From the IMG/VR virus record IMGVR_UViG_3300048091_000424: a stretch of DNA of 64,000 nucleotides. One strand, given 5' to 3'. Origin of the DNA: a virus (Duplodnaviria; Heunggongvirae; Uroviricota; Caudoviricetes). This document shows, in pieces, positions 36,324 through 46,655 of this stretch; position 1 is the stretch's first letter; every line of letters begins with the position of its first letter. The translations under genes were made by a program, and so were the position numbers. A model generated the notes under the pieces. The model saw only the letters and a list, made by a program, of their open reading frames with translations. It did no database searches and was not told where the DNA came from.

Positions 36324-37262
36324 TCATTCATTGACTGATATGGTGGGTGTAGCGGCCTTCTCACTGATCATCACGGTCAGCAAGTTGGTCACGAGCGTGG
36401 CTTTTTGCGACTCGGTGAACTCGACCGTAGGGCCATGATCGCTTTCTTCACCCAGTTGCTTGATCACCTGACGTACCAGGGGTACGGAAGCATCCAGGAT
36501 CGCAGTACGGGCCGAGACCATCGCGCTCGCCTGCTGGCGCAGAAGCATCAAGCCAGCGATCTCCTGCGCATACGCAATATTGCTCAACCGGACATCGAGT
36601 ACACGAATACCGATGATGAACAGCTTCTTCTGGATCTTCTCCCGCATTTCATTCGCGATTTGTTCGGAGTTCTGGCGAAGGCAGGTTTTATCCGTCTTCT
36701 CCTTCATCTCCGCATCCGACAGATCGAATGGGTAGATCGACACCGATTCACGCAGGACGACTTCCATGGCATTGGCGACGATTGAATCCGGGTCATCGGC
36801 GTTAAAAATGTAGGACTCAGGGTTTACCACCCGATAGTTCAAGACAGCGCCAACGGTGATTGGACGTCCATCACTGTCGGTCATTTTAACGCTGGCCGTG
36901 GTTAGGGTCTTGGCTTTCAGACTGACCCTGGAACCGTCCATGAAGGGGTTAATCCAGAAAAAACCACTATCGAGCGCCGAGCCTTTCCGAGTGCCGAAAA
37001 ACGTCAGCACCACCGATTCGTTCGGGTTGATCTGCGTGAATCCACTCCACGACAGCATGAGTACAATCAGTGCCAGCGGGCACGCAAAGTCATAAATGTC
37101 GCCGATAAGATACGCGTGACTGCCATCAGCACGAATACCGTAGCCAATGAACGGCATGTAGATGATGCAGGCCAATGCCAGGATCATCACCAATACCATG
37201 GCACCACCGTTGAAGGGGGTGTAGCGTCGGATTTCATGCTTATGGTCTTGCTCTTGTTCCAT
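36324..37262 (-). CDS. SPFH/band-7 (stomatin/prohibitin-like) domain protein
   Basis: N-terminal TM, then ...LTFFGTRKG...VLNYRVVNPESYIF..., typical of SPFH. Confidence 0.7.
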   Translation of the reverse strand: MEQEQDHKHEIRRYTPFNGGAMVLVMILALACIIYMPFIGYGIRADGSHAYLIGDIYDFACPLALIVLMLSWSGFTQINPNESVVLTFFGTRKGSALDSGFFWINPFMDGSRVSLKAKTLTTASVKMTDSDGRPITVGAVLNYRVVNPESYIFNADDPDSIVANAMEVVLRESVSIYPFDLSDAEMKEKTDKTCLRQNSEQIANEMREKIQKKLFIIGIRVLDVRLSNIAYAQEIAGLMLLRQQASAMVSARTAILDASVPLVRQVIKQLGEESDHGPTVEFTESQKATLVTNLLTVMISEKAATPTISVNE

Positions 37263-37435
37263 GAAAAGTACCTATGTGAATGAAGGTTACAGCCGCAGCT
37301 GGCTCGCTTTGCACAACTCACAAACTATACCGATATATTGACACTGCGACAAACAACATGCCTGTGACACTGGCGCCAGCCAGACCGCGTGCGTCACACT
37401 TAAATATCGTCGCAATCACTTCAGGCTGCCGCAGC

Positions 37436-38308
37436 ATGACCCCGGATTATCGCCAGCTCTCTGATGAGGATCTTCTGGATCTTGTGCTCTACGACAAGAT
37501 CGAGGTTCAGGACATTCCGCCAGCCAGAATGACTCGATCTTTCATACTCGAGGGCTCCCGGCAATTGCAGCGGTTTACCAAGAAGCTCACCCCGGAGCAA
37601 TTCACTCCGGAAGTGCAGACGATTGAGATCGAGCATTTACTCAAATCGCTTAGTTTTGTGGAGCTGGCCACGCTTCCCGAGAAGGCCGGTTACGCTGTGG
37701 TCGCCAGGCTGTATTTGAAGCGGTTCTCGGACAACATTCATGAAATACATCCGTCCTACCTGACTGATGATGACATCCAGACCGCCATCCTGAAAAATCC
37801 TGACTTGGTGAAATTACACAACCCTGCTCTCTTTGTTGCTGCACTCACACCGGCCCTGGCCAATCAACTGATTGAACATGACATTGCCAAGATCGATATG
37901 GTCGACCCATGGGTCATCACCGACGAATCTCTAAAGGCCGGCATTCACAAGAGGCCGCTCCGACTCCCCCATTTCGGAAAAGGCGAAGCGTTTCGACGCC
38001 TCATGGCTTTGCTCAAAACTGGATACTGGCCAGATCCAGACAACAACATCTGGATTACCTACCACAAACCCAGGACAGTGGCTGAGGCCGTAAAGAACAG
38101 ACTGGCTGACCACAATCAGCTGGCTGATATAACTCTACTCGATGCATATCTTTGCATTCAGCCGCTGACGTCTCTGAAGCTTCACGTGAGCAACAATGAG
38201 CTCCTCTTGCGCCTGATGCCCTGGTATCCGAAAGAAGAGGTGCTATCGACCTTCAAGGAGAACCTGGTGGTGGTCGGCGATGTGTTCAAAGCAGACCTCG
38301 GTCTCTAA
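37436..38308 (+). CDS. DLGL-tail family protein (paralog of 38327..39277)
   Basis: Ends ...VVVGDVFKADLGL*. Shares the (S/T)GYWP(D/E) motif with the next gene. Alternative upstream starts at 37358 or 37280. Confidence 0.7.
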   Translation: MTPDYRQLSDEDLLDLVLYDKIEVQDIPPARMTRSFILEGSRQLQRFTKKLTPEQFTPEVQTIEIEHLLKSLSFVELATLPEKAGYAVVARLYLKRFSDNIHEIHPSYLTDDDIQTAILKNPDLVKLHNPALFVAALTPALANQLIEHDIAKIDMVDPWVITDESLKAGIHKRPLRLPHFGKGEAFRRLMALLKTGYWPDPDNNIWITYHKPRTVAEAVKNRLADHNQLADITLLDAYLCIQPLTSLKLHVSNNELLLRLMPWYPKEEVLSTFKENLVVVGDVFKADLGL

Positions 38309-38326
38309 CCAAAAAGGATTTTCCCG

Positions 38327-39277
38327 ATGACCGACGCGCACGAAAGCTATGACCACTACGATTACGAACCGTCGCCATTTGAGACCAAACCAAAGGGTGA
38401 CTGGACTGACCAGGACTACGCCGATGCTTTGGGTGAGCAGAAAATCGTCTGGAATGAGATTCCTGGGTCATTCAGAACCAGCACAGTCTACCAGGTGGCC
38501 GTGACTCAGGATCGTACGTTGTACGGGCAAATACCGAAGGATCATCTGAACACCGAAATTCAGCTGAATGCGATCCGAACTTTCCCCGCGTTGTTCGCTG
38601 AGCAGAAGTTCTTTAACCCAAAGCTCTGCGATAACTACTACACCCTGGCGTGCGCGGCGGTCGCGACTGACGCCCAAAATATCTACGAGGTCAGCATTCA
38701 GTGCATTGATCGTCGTCTAGTGAGCGAGGCCATCCTCACCCAGCCGACCGTGGTGTACCACCTGTGGCAAAGATCGGAAGAACTGTGCAAAGAATTGGTG
38801 GATCAAGCCTTCGTCGAAGAGGCGGCTATCGATAACCTCAGCTGCATAGTCCTGCACAAATCGTTTAAGGGCAGAAACTACCTCGCTGACTTCCCTCTCC
38901 CGGATGAGGTTCTGATCAAAGCCGTCGAGGCACAACCGAAGAAAGCACGCTTGCTCGCAGAACTTGGCAGGGAGGGACTGCTCACTGAAATGATCAGGTC
39001 TGGCTACTGGCCTGAACACTGGCATGACATATCCAGGCCACAAGACCTGGATGCAGGCATTACGGCGTTCATCCGGAACAAGGAATCTGCAATTCAGCGA
39101 GCCTACTACAAGGCCTACATCAACCAGTGGCCATCGAGTGAAGTCATTCCCCTGATGCTCAACTGGCCGAGGAAAAACTACCTCCCGGACTTGTTCCCCA
39201 AGGAGGAATTGTTTGACGTGTTCAAGGGCGATCTGCAGACCCTGGGCAAATGGTTCAGCGAAGACCTTGGACTGTAA
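38327..39277 (+). CDS. DLGL-tail family protein
   Basis: Ends ...LGKWFSEDLGL*. Confidence 0.75.
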   Translation: MTDAHESYDHYDYEPSPFETKPKGDWTDQDYADALGEQKIVWNEIPGSFRTSTVYQVAVTQDRTLYGQIPKDHLNTEIQLNAIRTFPALFAEQKFFNPKLCDNYYTLACAAVATDAQNIYEVSIQCIDRRLVSEAILTQPTVVYHLWQRSEELCKELVDQAFVEEAAIDNLSCIVLHKSFKGRNYLADFPLPDEVLIKAVEAQPKKARLLAELGREGLLTEMIRSGYWPEHWHDISRPQDLDAGITAFIRNKESAIQRAYYKAYINQWPSSEVIPLMLNWPRKNYLPDLFPKEELFDVFKGDLQTLGKWFSEDLGL

Positions 39278-39673
39278 TCATTTACGCAGGATGAGCCAGG
39301 CCACGACCAGCAGCACGACGGCGAGGACTTTGACGCTCGTCTTCACCTCCCAGGGATTAATGGGCTTAAACCTCTCCTGAGAGGCCTTGCCGGCCCCTTC
39401 CCTGTCTGCACCATTACTCTGACCGAACACCTTTCTCCCCTCCAGCGCTTTCTGCTGGTACAGCTTGGTGTCATAGCTCATGCGCTTCTGAGGATCCATC
39501 AGCGTGGTGTACGCCAAGTTGAGCATGGTCATGACACGCACCGCCTCAGGCGAACCTTGATGGCGGTCAGGATGGTGCCGCTGAGCCAGACGCTTGAAGG
39601 CAGTCCTGATCTCAGTGGTCGTCGCGTTTTGGCTCACTCCGAGCCGGTCGTAATGCGTAATGGTGTGTTCCAT
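39278..39673 (-). CDS. J-domain (DnaJ-like) protein with C-terminal TM anchor
   Basis: HYDRLGV...HPDR (HPD motif). C-terminal VLAVVLLVVAWLIL. Confidence 0.75.
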   Translation of the reverse strand: MEHTITHYDRLGVSQNATTTEIRTAFKRLAQRHHPDRHQGSPEAVRVMTMLNLAYTTLMDPQKRMSYDTKLYQQKALEGRKVFGQSNGADREGAGKASQERFKPINPWEVKTSVKVLAVVLLVVAWLILRK

Positions 39674-39712
39674 AGGGGTATCATCGTGCTAATTGTTCGT
39701 AGGGTGTCTGCC

Positions 39713-40465
39713 TCAGGGTGTTTCCAGGGTTAACGTAGAACTCTCGTACGTTTCGTTGCTGTTCATCTCGACCAAGGTCAGGAAACCGTGCTGCTCGGGG
39801 TAGCAGACGCCGGTGTCGATGTAGCAGATATTGCCAAGCCTTTGTCGACTTTTAAGGGACGTGTGACCAACAAATAATATGTCTAAATTGCCTATCGTTT
39901 TGTTGTACCTGTCAACACGCCATACGGTCGATTCAGCCAAATGACTCCCCCTCAATAACTCGGGAGAGTAGTGGCTGATTTCCAGAACGAAATCATCCCA
40001 ATCATCCATAGGACATTGTGCGTGCACGATCCCAAATCGACGCCCATCTTGAGCTTCCACCTCGATAGCCAAGGGTAATCGCTGAAACGCGTGAATGATT
40101 GCCGCTCGGGTACCGGATGGCAGTTCATAGAACCAGGCTCCGCCATGATTGACATGCCTCTGCCGACGGCCTTGCAGATCTACGCCTGCAGCAATACACA
40201 TCAGATCGTGGTTGCCAATAACCGCATGCACCCAGGGTTTGGCCAGCCATTCGAGAACTTTTATGGAGAATGGGCCACGGTCGACCAGATCGCCGGCGAG
40301 AAACAAGCGGTCTTTTTCCGGGTCAAAACTGACATGCTCTAGCAGCGCTTCCAGTTCACAGAAATGCCCATGGACATCACTGGCAATGAAGTCTCGGCCA
40401 CGCGTGTTTTTTGAGAACTTGAGGTAGTTTTTATTGGTCACGCGAGGCCATCCTCGACAACTCAC
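39713..40465 (-). CDS. PPP-family Ser/Thr protein phosphatase (metallophosphoesterase)
   Basis: DVHG, GDLVDRG and GNHD motifs in canonical order. Confidence 0.8.
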   Translation of the reverse strand: MSCRGWPRVTNKNYLKFSKNTRGRDFIASDVHGHFCELEALLEHVSFDPEKDRLFLAGDLVDRGPFSIKVLEWLAKPWVHAVIGNHDLMCIAAGVDLQGRRQRHVNHGGAWFYELPSGTRAAIIHAFQRLPLAIEVEAQDGRRFGIVHAQCPMDDWDDFVLEISHYSPELLRGSHLAESTVWRVDRYNKTIGNLDILFVGHTSLKSRQRLGNICYIDTGVCYPEQHGFLTLVEMNSNETYESSTLTLETP

Positions 40466-40693
40466 AACCGCTATCGGGATGGGCCATCAATCAACTTACG
40501 ACAGCATTGAACCTGCAGGACGAAACGCCGCAAGGGACTCAACAAACTGGAGAGAAGAAGTTGACACAGGTAACCGACTTCGGAGGAGATTTTTGATGGC
40601 CCAGGTTAACACTTATTATAGACAAAACAAAGTCTTAAGCGGACTCTTAACATCCGCTTAGATGGAGGGGCAAATCGATGGTTTTACAGTCGG

Positions 40694-41005
40694 CTATTCA
40701 TTAGCGCACAAGAACTCGAGGCATCCTATCAACCAGAAAAATGCACCCCAGGCAGCAATTGATCCAACACACTTAAGGGCAAGAATTGCCCACTCACCCA
40801 GTGTTTGGTCTGCTAGAACAGGGACTTGCAGGAAAAAGTTAACCACGGCGATCACCAAAATGACCAACGAGGTCGGCACCGCAATCATCACGAAGCGACC
40901 CACTTTATTCAGGCGTGGCTCACGCAGTCCGCATTGGCAGTAAGGACAATGCTGCGGGTCATTGCGTAATTCTGTCTTGCATTCCGGGCAGGTAACAGTG
41001 GCCAT
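40694..41005 (-). CDS. zinc-ribbon plus 2-TM membrane protein
   Basis: CPEC...CPYC, then two hydrophobic helices. Confidence 0.5.
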   Translation of the reverse strand: MATVTCPECKTELRNDPQHCPYCQCGLREPRLNKVGRFVMIAVPTSLVILVIAVVNFFLQVPVLADQTLGEWAILALKCVGSIAAWGAFFWLIGCLEFLCANE

Positions 41006-41067
41006 GGGAAAATCACCTGAGTGGTTTCCCTTATTAACAACTATTCACGCTCATTAGTCAATTGTCC

Positions 41068-41096
41068 GTATAGCAAAAAGCCGCCATCTGGCGGCT
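41068..41096 (-). terminator. rho-independent terminator of the XRE-like regulator gene
   Basis: aaagccgcc-agat-ggcggcttt. TTTTT on the minus strand. Confidence 0.65.
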
Positions 41097-41107
41097 TTAG
41101 ATGATGC

Positions 41108-41692
41108 TTAATGCGTCAACTCACCGCGAATCGTGTCGATTCGACCGAGCAGTCCTTCAAGGGGATAGCCCTCTTCAATCAAGCGGGACACATCGCCCTT
41201 CAACGAGAGAACGTGTGAGGAGGCTGAATTCAGTTTTTTAGCCACGTCACGATCTTTGGTGTGGGCGTAAGACGCACCCAGGTCGGGACGAATATCAAAC
41301 GGCTGAACCTTCAGCAGGTTGGCCAGGGAGACCAGTACCGATTGCGTCAGCGGGCGCTTGCCGTTCAAAGCAATGGTCAAGTTGGAGCGATCAACCCCAA
41401 TGTTTTTGGCCGCCGCGCAACGAGTGATGCGGTTGGAGCGCTGATACAATGCCCAGGCGCCAACTAGACGCTCCCAAGTTTCGCGGTCAGAGCCTTTGAC
41501 GGCGACGTCGATGGGCGTTTTAAGAATTTCTTCACAAGCTTTGATGATGGCTTTGCCGAAAAAACGCAGGTTTTCATGCTGTCCCGGCATCTTGAGCGGT
41601 TCGAGCTCGCGCAGGTAACTATTCTCTGGCAGCCGACTCCAAATGCCATCCAGCAGCTGCCCCAAATTAGGCTTGGTGGGCTTTCTCGCCAT
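41108..41692 (-). CDS. XRE-type HTH transcriptional regulator
   Basis: ITRCAAAKNIGVDRSNLTIALNGKRPLT is a helix-turn-helix. Confidence 0.55.
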   Translation of the reverse strand: MARKPTKPNLGQLLDGIWSRLPENSYLRELEPLKMPGQHENLRFFGKAIIKACEEILKTPIDVAVKGSDRETWERLVGAWALYQRSNRITRCAAAKNIGVDRSNLTIALNGKRPLTQSVLVSLANLLKVQPFDIRPDLGASYAHTKDRDVAKKLNSASSHVLSLKGDVSRLIEEGYPLEGLLGRIDTIRGELTH

Positions 41693-41773
41693 GTTAAACA
41701 GGCCTCCCTTGTGAGTGGGCCGCGAATGCAGTCGTGGCTGGGTTACGAGTGGAAAAGTAAGTGATCATCGAGT

Positions 41774-42175
41774 TCACTGCTTTGGTGCTCCCTGGTTAGG
41801 TTCAGGGTTGCAGTTCGGAATGACGACATCCCCTTCCACCAGCCCCATACGGGAAAATTCTTTGAAGACGCATCGCTTGGCTTGCGGCTCGAAGTAGGAC
41901 ACCCACAGTGAATCTTCTTTCCAGGTGGCGCCGAGGAACTGAGCATTGGTGGGGAGCTCAACGGTAAGCGTGCCCCCGAAGCGGCGAGCGACTGTGTTTC
42001 CCAGGTAGAACTGCCAGAAACTCCAGCCGACGACGCCGACCAACAGCGCTGAGCAGAAGGCCTTGCCCAGACGAGTCAACTGACTGCCGCTTGCGTACTG
42101 TAAGACAACGAAACCCACGAGGCCCATAACCACCAGCAACGCGATGAAATAGACGTAAATAGCCATAAATACCAA
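41774..42175 (-). CDS. hypothetical membrane protein
   Basis: Two N-terminal TM helices. Confidence 0.5.
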   Translation of the reverse strand: MVFMAIYVYFIALLVVMGLVGFVVLQYASGSQLTRLGKAFCSALLVGVVGWSFWQFYLGNTVARRFGGTLTVELPTNAQFLGATWKEDSLWVSYFEPQAKRCVFKEFSRMGLVEGDVVIPNCNPEPNQGAPKQ

Positions 42176-42276
42176 CGTAACAGTGAGCCCCCTCCTTGGC
42201 GGAGGGTATCTAGCCGGAAATATACCTTAAATTGACAAAAATATGAAATCGGTTTTTCCGCTAACCGTCCAGGGCC

Positions 42277-42651
42277 TCAGGCCATGTCCAGCAGATCGGC
42301 ATGCACACTGTCCCACTGCTCTTTTGCCGTTTTGCGCAGGGTTGCGCTAGTCACGGCGGCAAAGGTGTTCAGCGATTCTTCCAGATCCAACGGCGGTATC
42401 CGGCGCACCCGATTCAGCGACACCCAGAAGGCATCCAGGGCGTCGAGGTTGAACTCCCCCGCGTCTTCCACATCCAGGGCGGACTCTGGATCATCCAATG
42501 CCTCATGCCACGGGTACAGCTCCCCGTCGATAATAAGATCGCAGCACACTTGCTCGTCCACCAGGCGGGCGCGCTGCATCACCAGCCAACGGCCACAGCA
42601 TTCATAGCGGACGTCGGTATCCTGGGTAGGCACTGGAATCGGTTGACTCAT
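42277..42651 (-). CDS. hypothetical acidic protein
   Basis: 124-aa ORF. Confidence 0.45.
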   Translation of the reverse strand: MSQPIPVPTQDTDVRYECCGRWLVMQRARLVDEQVCCDLIIDGELYPWHEALDDPESALDVEDAGEFNLDALDAFWVSLNRVRRIPPLDLEESLNTFAAVTSATLRKTAKEQWDSVHADLLDMA

Positions 42652-42872
42652 GTTCAGAATCCTTCTTGGAATTAGGTGCCAGGTCAGGCCTCCCGGTGTT
42701 GGGTGGCCGCCCCGCTGTGTTTGTTACCAACCTGACAGCGCTTGGAGCCACGGCGGGCGATATTGCGCTCAAGGGATAGCTCTGACAGTACAAACAGATA
42801 TCGCCGCTAGAACGGCCACGGGGGAGCTTCAAGCCGGCCTGCCTGCGGCGATCCGGAGATACGACTTCTCTC

Positions 42873-44021
42873 TTACGCCACGCCCACGGCTTCACTCACT
42901 CCCGCCGTCGGCAACATTACCGCTTTCGACCACGAGAACAATCGGCGTCCGATCTGAGGCGTCGGCAACTCGCCAATGCTCTGACCTTTAGACGCGTGCA
43001 GCTTCAACCACAGCCACGGCAGGTTAACCCCGCACAGCAGACTAAGGCCCAGGCCATCACTGAAGCGTGGGCTGGCGCTGAGCACCTTACAGCGACCCTC
43101 GCTGTCGAGCTTGAATTTGGCGTTGAACAAACCGGAAAATCCAAATTCACGGACGATTATTTGCAGCTGACGGCGCAGCTCCGGGTTGTCGACAATTAAC
43201 TCACCCTCCTCCTCGCCTTCCGGTTTCTGGCGAGCGACGTAGGTCACCAGCTGACCTTTCCACGCCAGGCAATCCACGGAGAATTCTTGGCCAGGCAGGT
43301 ACTCCATCACGATCCAGTTATTGGCGGCGCCGGCTTTGATCGAAGCCTGGTGCGCCAGCAAACCGAAATCAGGGAAGCGCATGACCTTGTTCTCGGGAAA
43401 GAACAGTTGCTGGTGTGGATCAGGGTGGTCGTCGAAACGGTAGAACGCTTTGCCGAGTAGCCGATTGGACGGTTTTGCGCACACGGCTTTAAGTTCGTCC
43501 GGAACAGCCACCATGCGTGTTTTGATGGTCGCCACGCTGTCATTCAACTGGGTCTCATAGTCGTCGTTCCAGATCAGCCAGGCCGGCACCATGTCGCCAT
43601 AGTAGGCCTGCTCAAGCCGGTGGTAGAACTCAGCCTTAACGTCGAGCACCGCCAGTTCCTTTGGCGAGCAGCTGTACAGCAACTCCACGCCGATGGCCCG
43701 GAAGTCTTCACGGCGCTCGATCATCGCTGCATAGAAACGACTGACGACGATACAGTCGATGCCATGCTCGGCGGCATAGCCCAGGGCCCAGTCAGTGTAA
43801 TCCTGCGCCGAAATGCTCGAAGCTTCGACCGCGACCTGGTCAGCCAGGGTGAAACCGATGAAGTTCGGATTGTGGTGCGTCACATGGATTTGTTGCAGAA
43901 TACGCTCGCTTTCATGGAGCATCGACTCATGTTGCTTGATGGACTGAATGGCTTCGGCGATCACTGCCATTCCGTCGTTGAACCAGACCTTGAGCTTCAC
44001 GTACACCACACCCTGAGCCAT
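42873..44021 (-). CDS. ATP-grasp domain enzyme
   Basis: NWIVMEYLPGQEFSVD and flanking segments match the ATP-grasp large-domain pattern. Confidence 0.6.
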   Translation of the reverse strand: MAQGVVYVKLKVWFNDGMAVIAEAIQSIKQHESMLHESERILQQIHVTHHNPNFIGFTLADQVAVEASSISAQDYTDWALGYAAEHGIDCIVVSRFYAAMIERREDFRAIGVELLYSCSPKELAVLDVKAEFYHRLEQAYYGDMVPAWLIWNDDYETQLNDSVATIKTRMVAVPDELKAVCAKPSNRLLGKAFYRFDDHPDPHQQLFFPENKVMRFPDFGLLAHQASIKAGAANNWIVMEYLPGQEFSVDCLAWKGQLVTYVARQKPEGEEEGELIVDNPELRRQLQIIVREFGFSGLFNAKFKLDSEGRCKVLSASPRFSDGLGLSLLCGVNLPWLWLKLHASKGQSIGELPTPQIGRRLFSWSKAVMLPTAGVSEAVGVA

Positions 44022-44108
44022 AAAATATGGGCGGATGGTACGTAGCAGATTGATAAACTGTCAATATATACGTATTGTTTCAAGGGGTTAAACACACCTC
44101 ATTCATGC

Positions 44109-44792
44109 ATGGAGAAGGCGGTGAACAAGGCTTGCAGCGTCAGCAAAATAAAGACAGCGACATTGTCATTTACCGCATCACCCCCTGTGGGGATGTCCGT
44201 GTGCACAGAAAGCCAGGAAGAATACCGTCAGCGCCTGAACACCATCATCAAATGGGAAGTGGCCCAGTATTTCGATACCGGCAAGAAAGAACCGGCAAAC
44301 TGGGGACAGTTTAGCCTCCAGCGCAGCATGGTATTTCCCGTCCACAAAGGAACCACCGCCTACTCCTATCAGGGAAAAGGCCTAATCCACGCCTATGATC
44401 TGAGCATGCTCAAGCCGGCGTTGATGAAAACCAAGGGAAAGAAGCTGAAGGATTATCAGGAGGCTGTAGACCGATTCACTCGCGTCGTAAGCACTCTATC
44501 CGTCAATGACCTTCATGAGCTGAAGATCCACTACCAGGGTGACCTGACGCTCGCACTCAGAGTGAAAGACAGGCAACTCCATTGGATTACCGGGGAAGAA
44601 ACCCACGAGACCCTCACCTTCCAGGACTCGGAAACCGCTGAAGGCCTGATGACCGCGTTGGAGCAATACGGGGAAACTGGCGAGATCGATGATGCCTACA
44701 CGATGTTCATGCTAACGCCATTCGATCTGCACAAATCGGAGATGAACCTCAATCAGAGGGGCCGACTGTTCGCCATCGATCTTGGGCTTTGA
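44109..44792 (+). CDS. DLGL-tail family protein (227 aa)
   Basis: Ends ...RGRLFAIDLGL*. Confidence 0.75.
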   Translation: MEKAVNKACSVSKIKTATLSFTASPPVGMSVCTESQEEYRQRLNTIIKWEVAQYFDTGKKEPANWGQFSLQRSMVFPVHKGTTAYSYQGKGLIHAYDLSMLKPALMKTKGKKLKDYQEAVDRFTRVVSTLSVNDLHELKIHYQGDLTLALRVKDRQLHWITGEETHETLTFQDSETAEGLMTALEQYGETGEIDDAYTMFMLTPFDLHKSEMNLNQRGRLFAIDLGL

Positions 44793-44910
44793 ATCGTCTC
44801 AGGAAATTGTGGTGTATTCCAAGTTGACGTGTACCAAATGACAATACATGTAATTGACTCTTTCTTGCTGTCACTTTAATATCACTCACATAACTCCAGG
44901 AGTGTTAGTG

Positions 44911-46038
44911 ATGGATGCGGATTTTCTAAAGGCGATAGAAGCCGAGCGGGCCAAACAAGAAAGTTTCCAAAATGCTGTCGCAGCGGAAGCGGCCAAGCAG
45001 CAAAAAGTGGTCAATGGCAAGCTGCTCAACTACCGCTCAATCTGGTTCATGTTTATGGTGCTGGTGTTTGCGCCAGCCTGGTTCCTGGCTTCCAGTGTTG
45101 AGGGCATTTCCTTCGGCCTTGCCGTCGATGTCGTGCACGCCGGGCTTGAGGGCCTGTACTTCCCCGGCTGGCTCGCCAGCCTGGTCAGCTACCCTGTGAC
45201 CGCGATGGCAACCCTGATTCCAGGATCGAGCAGGTCGGCCTATTGGGCCGTGTACATGGTCTTTTCATCCTTCAGCGTGGTCATCTTTTTTGTGTATTTC
45301 ATGCTGGTTGAGCCCCCGAACTACCGGAGGATGAAGTTCGAGGCCGACCCGCTGTGGGAAGAGAAACTTCTCGTCAAGTACCCGGTTCCCAGTAAACTGA
45401 GACCGGTTTCTTTCAGCAGCATGATCGTCTTCCTGATCCTCTCTTCGCTGTTCGGGGAAGTGGTGTCCGGCTACAACCGAGATCCGCTGGCTGACACTTA
45501 TGTTGGCTCCATCTACCTCATCGACAAGAATCGCAACGAGACGCCACTCCGGGCCACCATCAAACTGGACATGATCGATCCTGGCTACATCTACGATAGA
45601 AAGCCCGGTGTGAATACTCGCAGCTGGCACATCGAATTCAGCGGTGAAGACCTGCCCATGCTGAAATCCATCGGGATCGATGAAAAGTTCTTCAAAGGTA
45701 ATGTCGACTTCGATGGCTATGGCAGCGTGGTCTGCTCTGCGAGTATCGGTACCGCGCAGTATTACGTGCCAAGCTTCCTGGGCGGGACGATCTTGCTGAT
45801 CCGCAATCACTATGTGAATGCTCCGGACAGATACTCCGACTACAAGTGCCCGGAAAACATGCACTTCGGCCTTGAAAACTTGAACCAGGGTCATTTCGCC
45901 ATCGCGGACATTTCAAAGAAATACATCATTGCCGCGAAAATCGAGCGCGATTCCCGGTTTAGCTGGATCCAGCGCAAAATTATGGAATATCGCTATCAGA
46001 AGATCGGCACGAACTTCTTTGACCGAAGGAACCGATAA
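44911..46038 (+). CDS. polytopic membrane protein with C-terminal domain paralogous to 61623..62288
   Basis: SD AGGAG. Shares DMIDPGY, FLGG and ERDSRFSWIQRKIMEYRY with the 61623 gene, which has EMLDPGF, YLGG and ERDSRVSFIQRMVMRMRF. Confidence 0.65.
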   Translation: MDADFLKAIEAERAKQESFQNAVAAEAAKQQKVVNGKLLNYRSIWFMFMVLVFAPAWFLASSVEGISFGLAVDVVHAGLEGLYFPGWLASLVSYPVTAMATLIPGSSRSAYWAVYMVFSSFSVVIFFVYFMLVEPPNYRRMKFEADPLWEEKLLVKYPVPSKLRPVSFSSMIVFLILSSLFGEVVSGYNRDPLADTYVGSIYLIDKNRNETPLRATIKLDMIDPGYIYDRKPGVNTRSWHIEFSGEDLPMLKSIGIDEKFFKGNVDFDGYGSVVCSASIGTAQYYVPSFLGGTILLIRNHYVNAPDRYSDYKCPENMHFGLENLNQGHFAIADISKKYIIAAKIERDSRFSWIQRKIMEYRYQKIGTNFFDRRNR

Positions 46039-46125
46039 GCCTTCCTGATTGATGCGAAAAGCCCGCTTCGATGCGGGCTTTTTTTATGCGTGTTTGGGTG
46101 GTTGAATCCTAGAAATTTGTGCCAG

Positions 46126-46350
46126 CTACTTTGGCTTTTTACCGCTCTTGTGCACCAGGCGCTCGCTAATTTCGGTCGTCGAGTAGACCGTGGCGAAGTC
46201 AGCATCCCAGTGATTCGAGCAGTCGAAGTGGCCCTGGCCCTTCAGGCCGCTGGCATCGACCAACCCTTCGTACCAAAATCCGATCATCCACTCCTCCGAG
46301 CCTTCCGGGCGGATCCAGTAATATCCGGAATCACGCACATTGTCAGTCAT
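46126..46350 (-). CDS. hypothetical small protein (74 aa)
   Basis: Overlaps the upstream gene stop, suggesting translational coupling. Confidence 0.5.
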   Translation of the reverse strand: MTDNVRDSGYYWIRPEGSEEWMIGFWYEGLVDASGLKGQGHFDCSNHWDADFATVYSTTEISERLVHKSGKKPK

Positions 46351-46567
46351 TGGCCGCCACCTTTTCGCGCTCTACCTGGGCGAGGTAAGCAGTAAAACCT
46401 TTAATTTTCTCTTCAACCCAGCTGTCTGGCGTCTCAGCATCCAGAGATCCGCCGTTGGTGAAGTACCAGTCGGCGTATTCCCAGCCGGCGAGATAGTCTT
46501 CTGTGCAGTCTGCCGGGGGCGATTTCTGAAGCTGGTGTAGAGGCAGCGTCTTGGCAGCGTTAGACAT
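46343..46567 (-). CDS. hypothetical small acidic protein (74 aa)
   Basis: Middle gene of a three-gene minus-strand operon. Confidence 0.5.
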   Translation of the reverse strand: MSNAAKTLPLHQLQKSPPADCTEDYLAGWEYADWYFTNGGSLDAETPDSWVEEKIKGFTAYLAQVEREKVAAND

Positions 46568-46655
46568 GGCGAAATCCCTTTGTGTCGTTCGGTGCAGATG
46601 AATGCACAGACTGTATGCCTCTAGAGGTTAATCGTCAAGGGAGTACCAAGAAATG

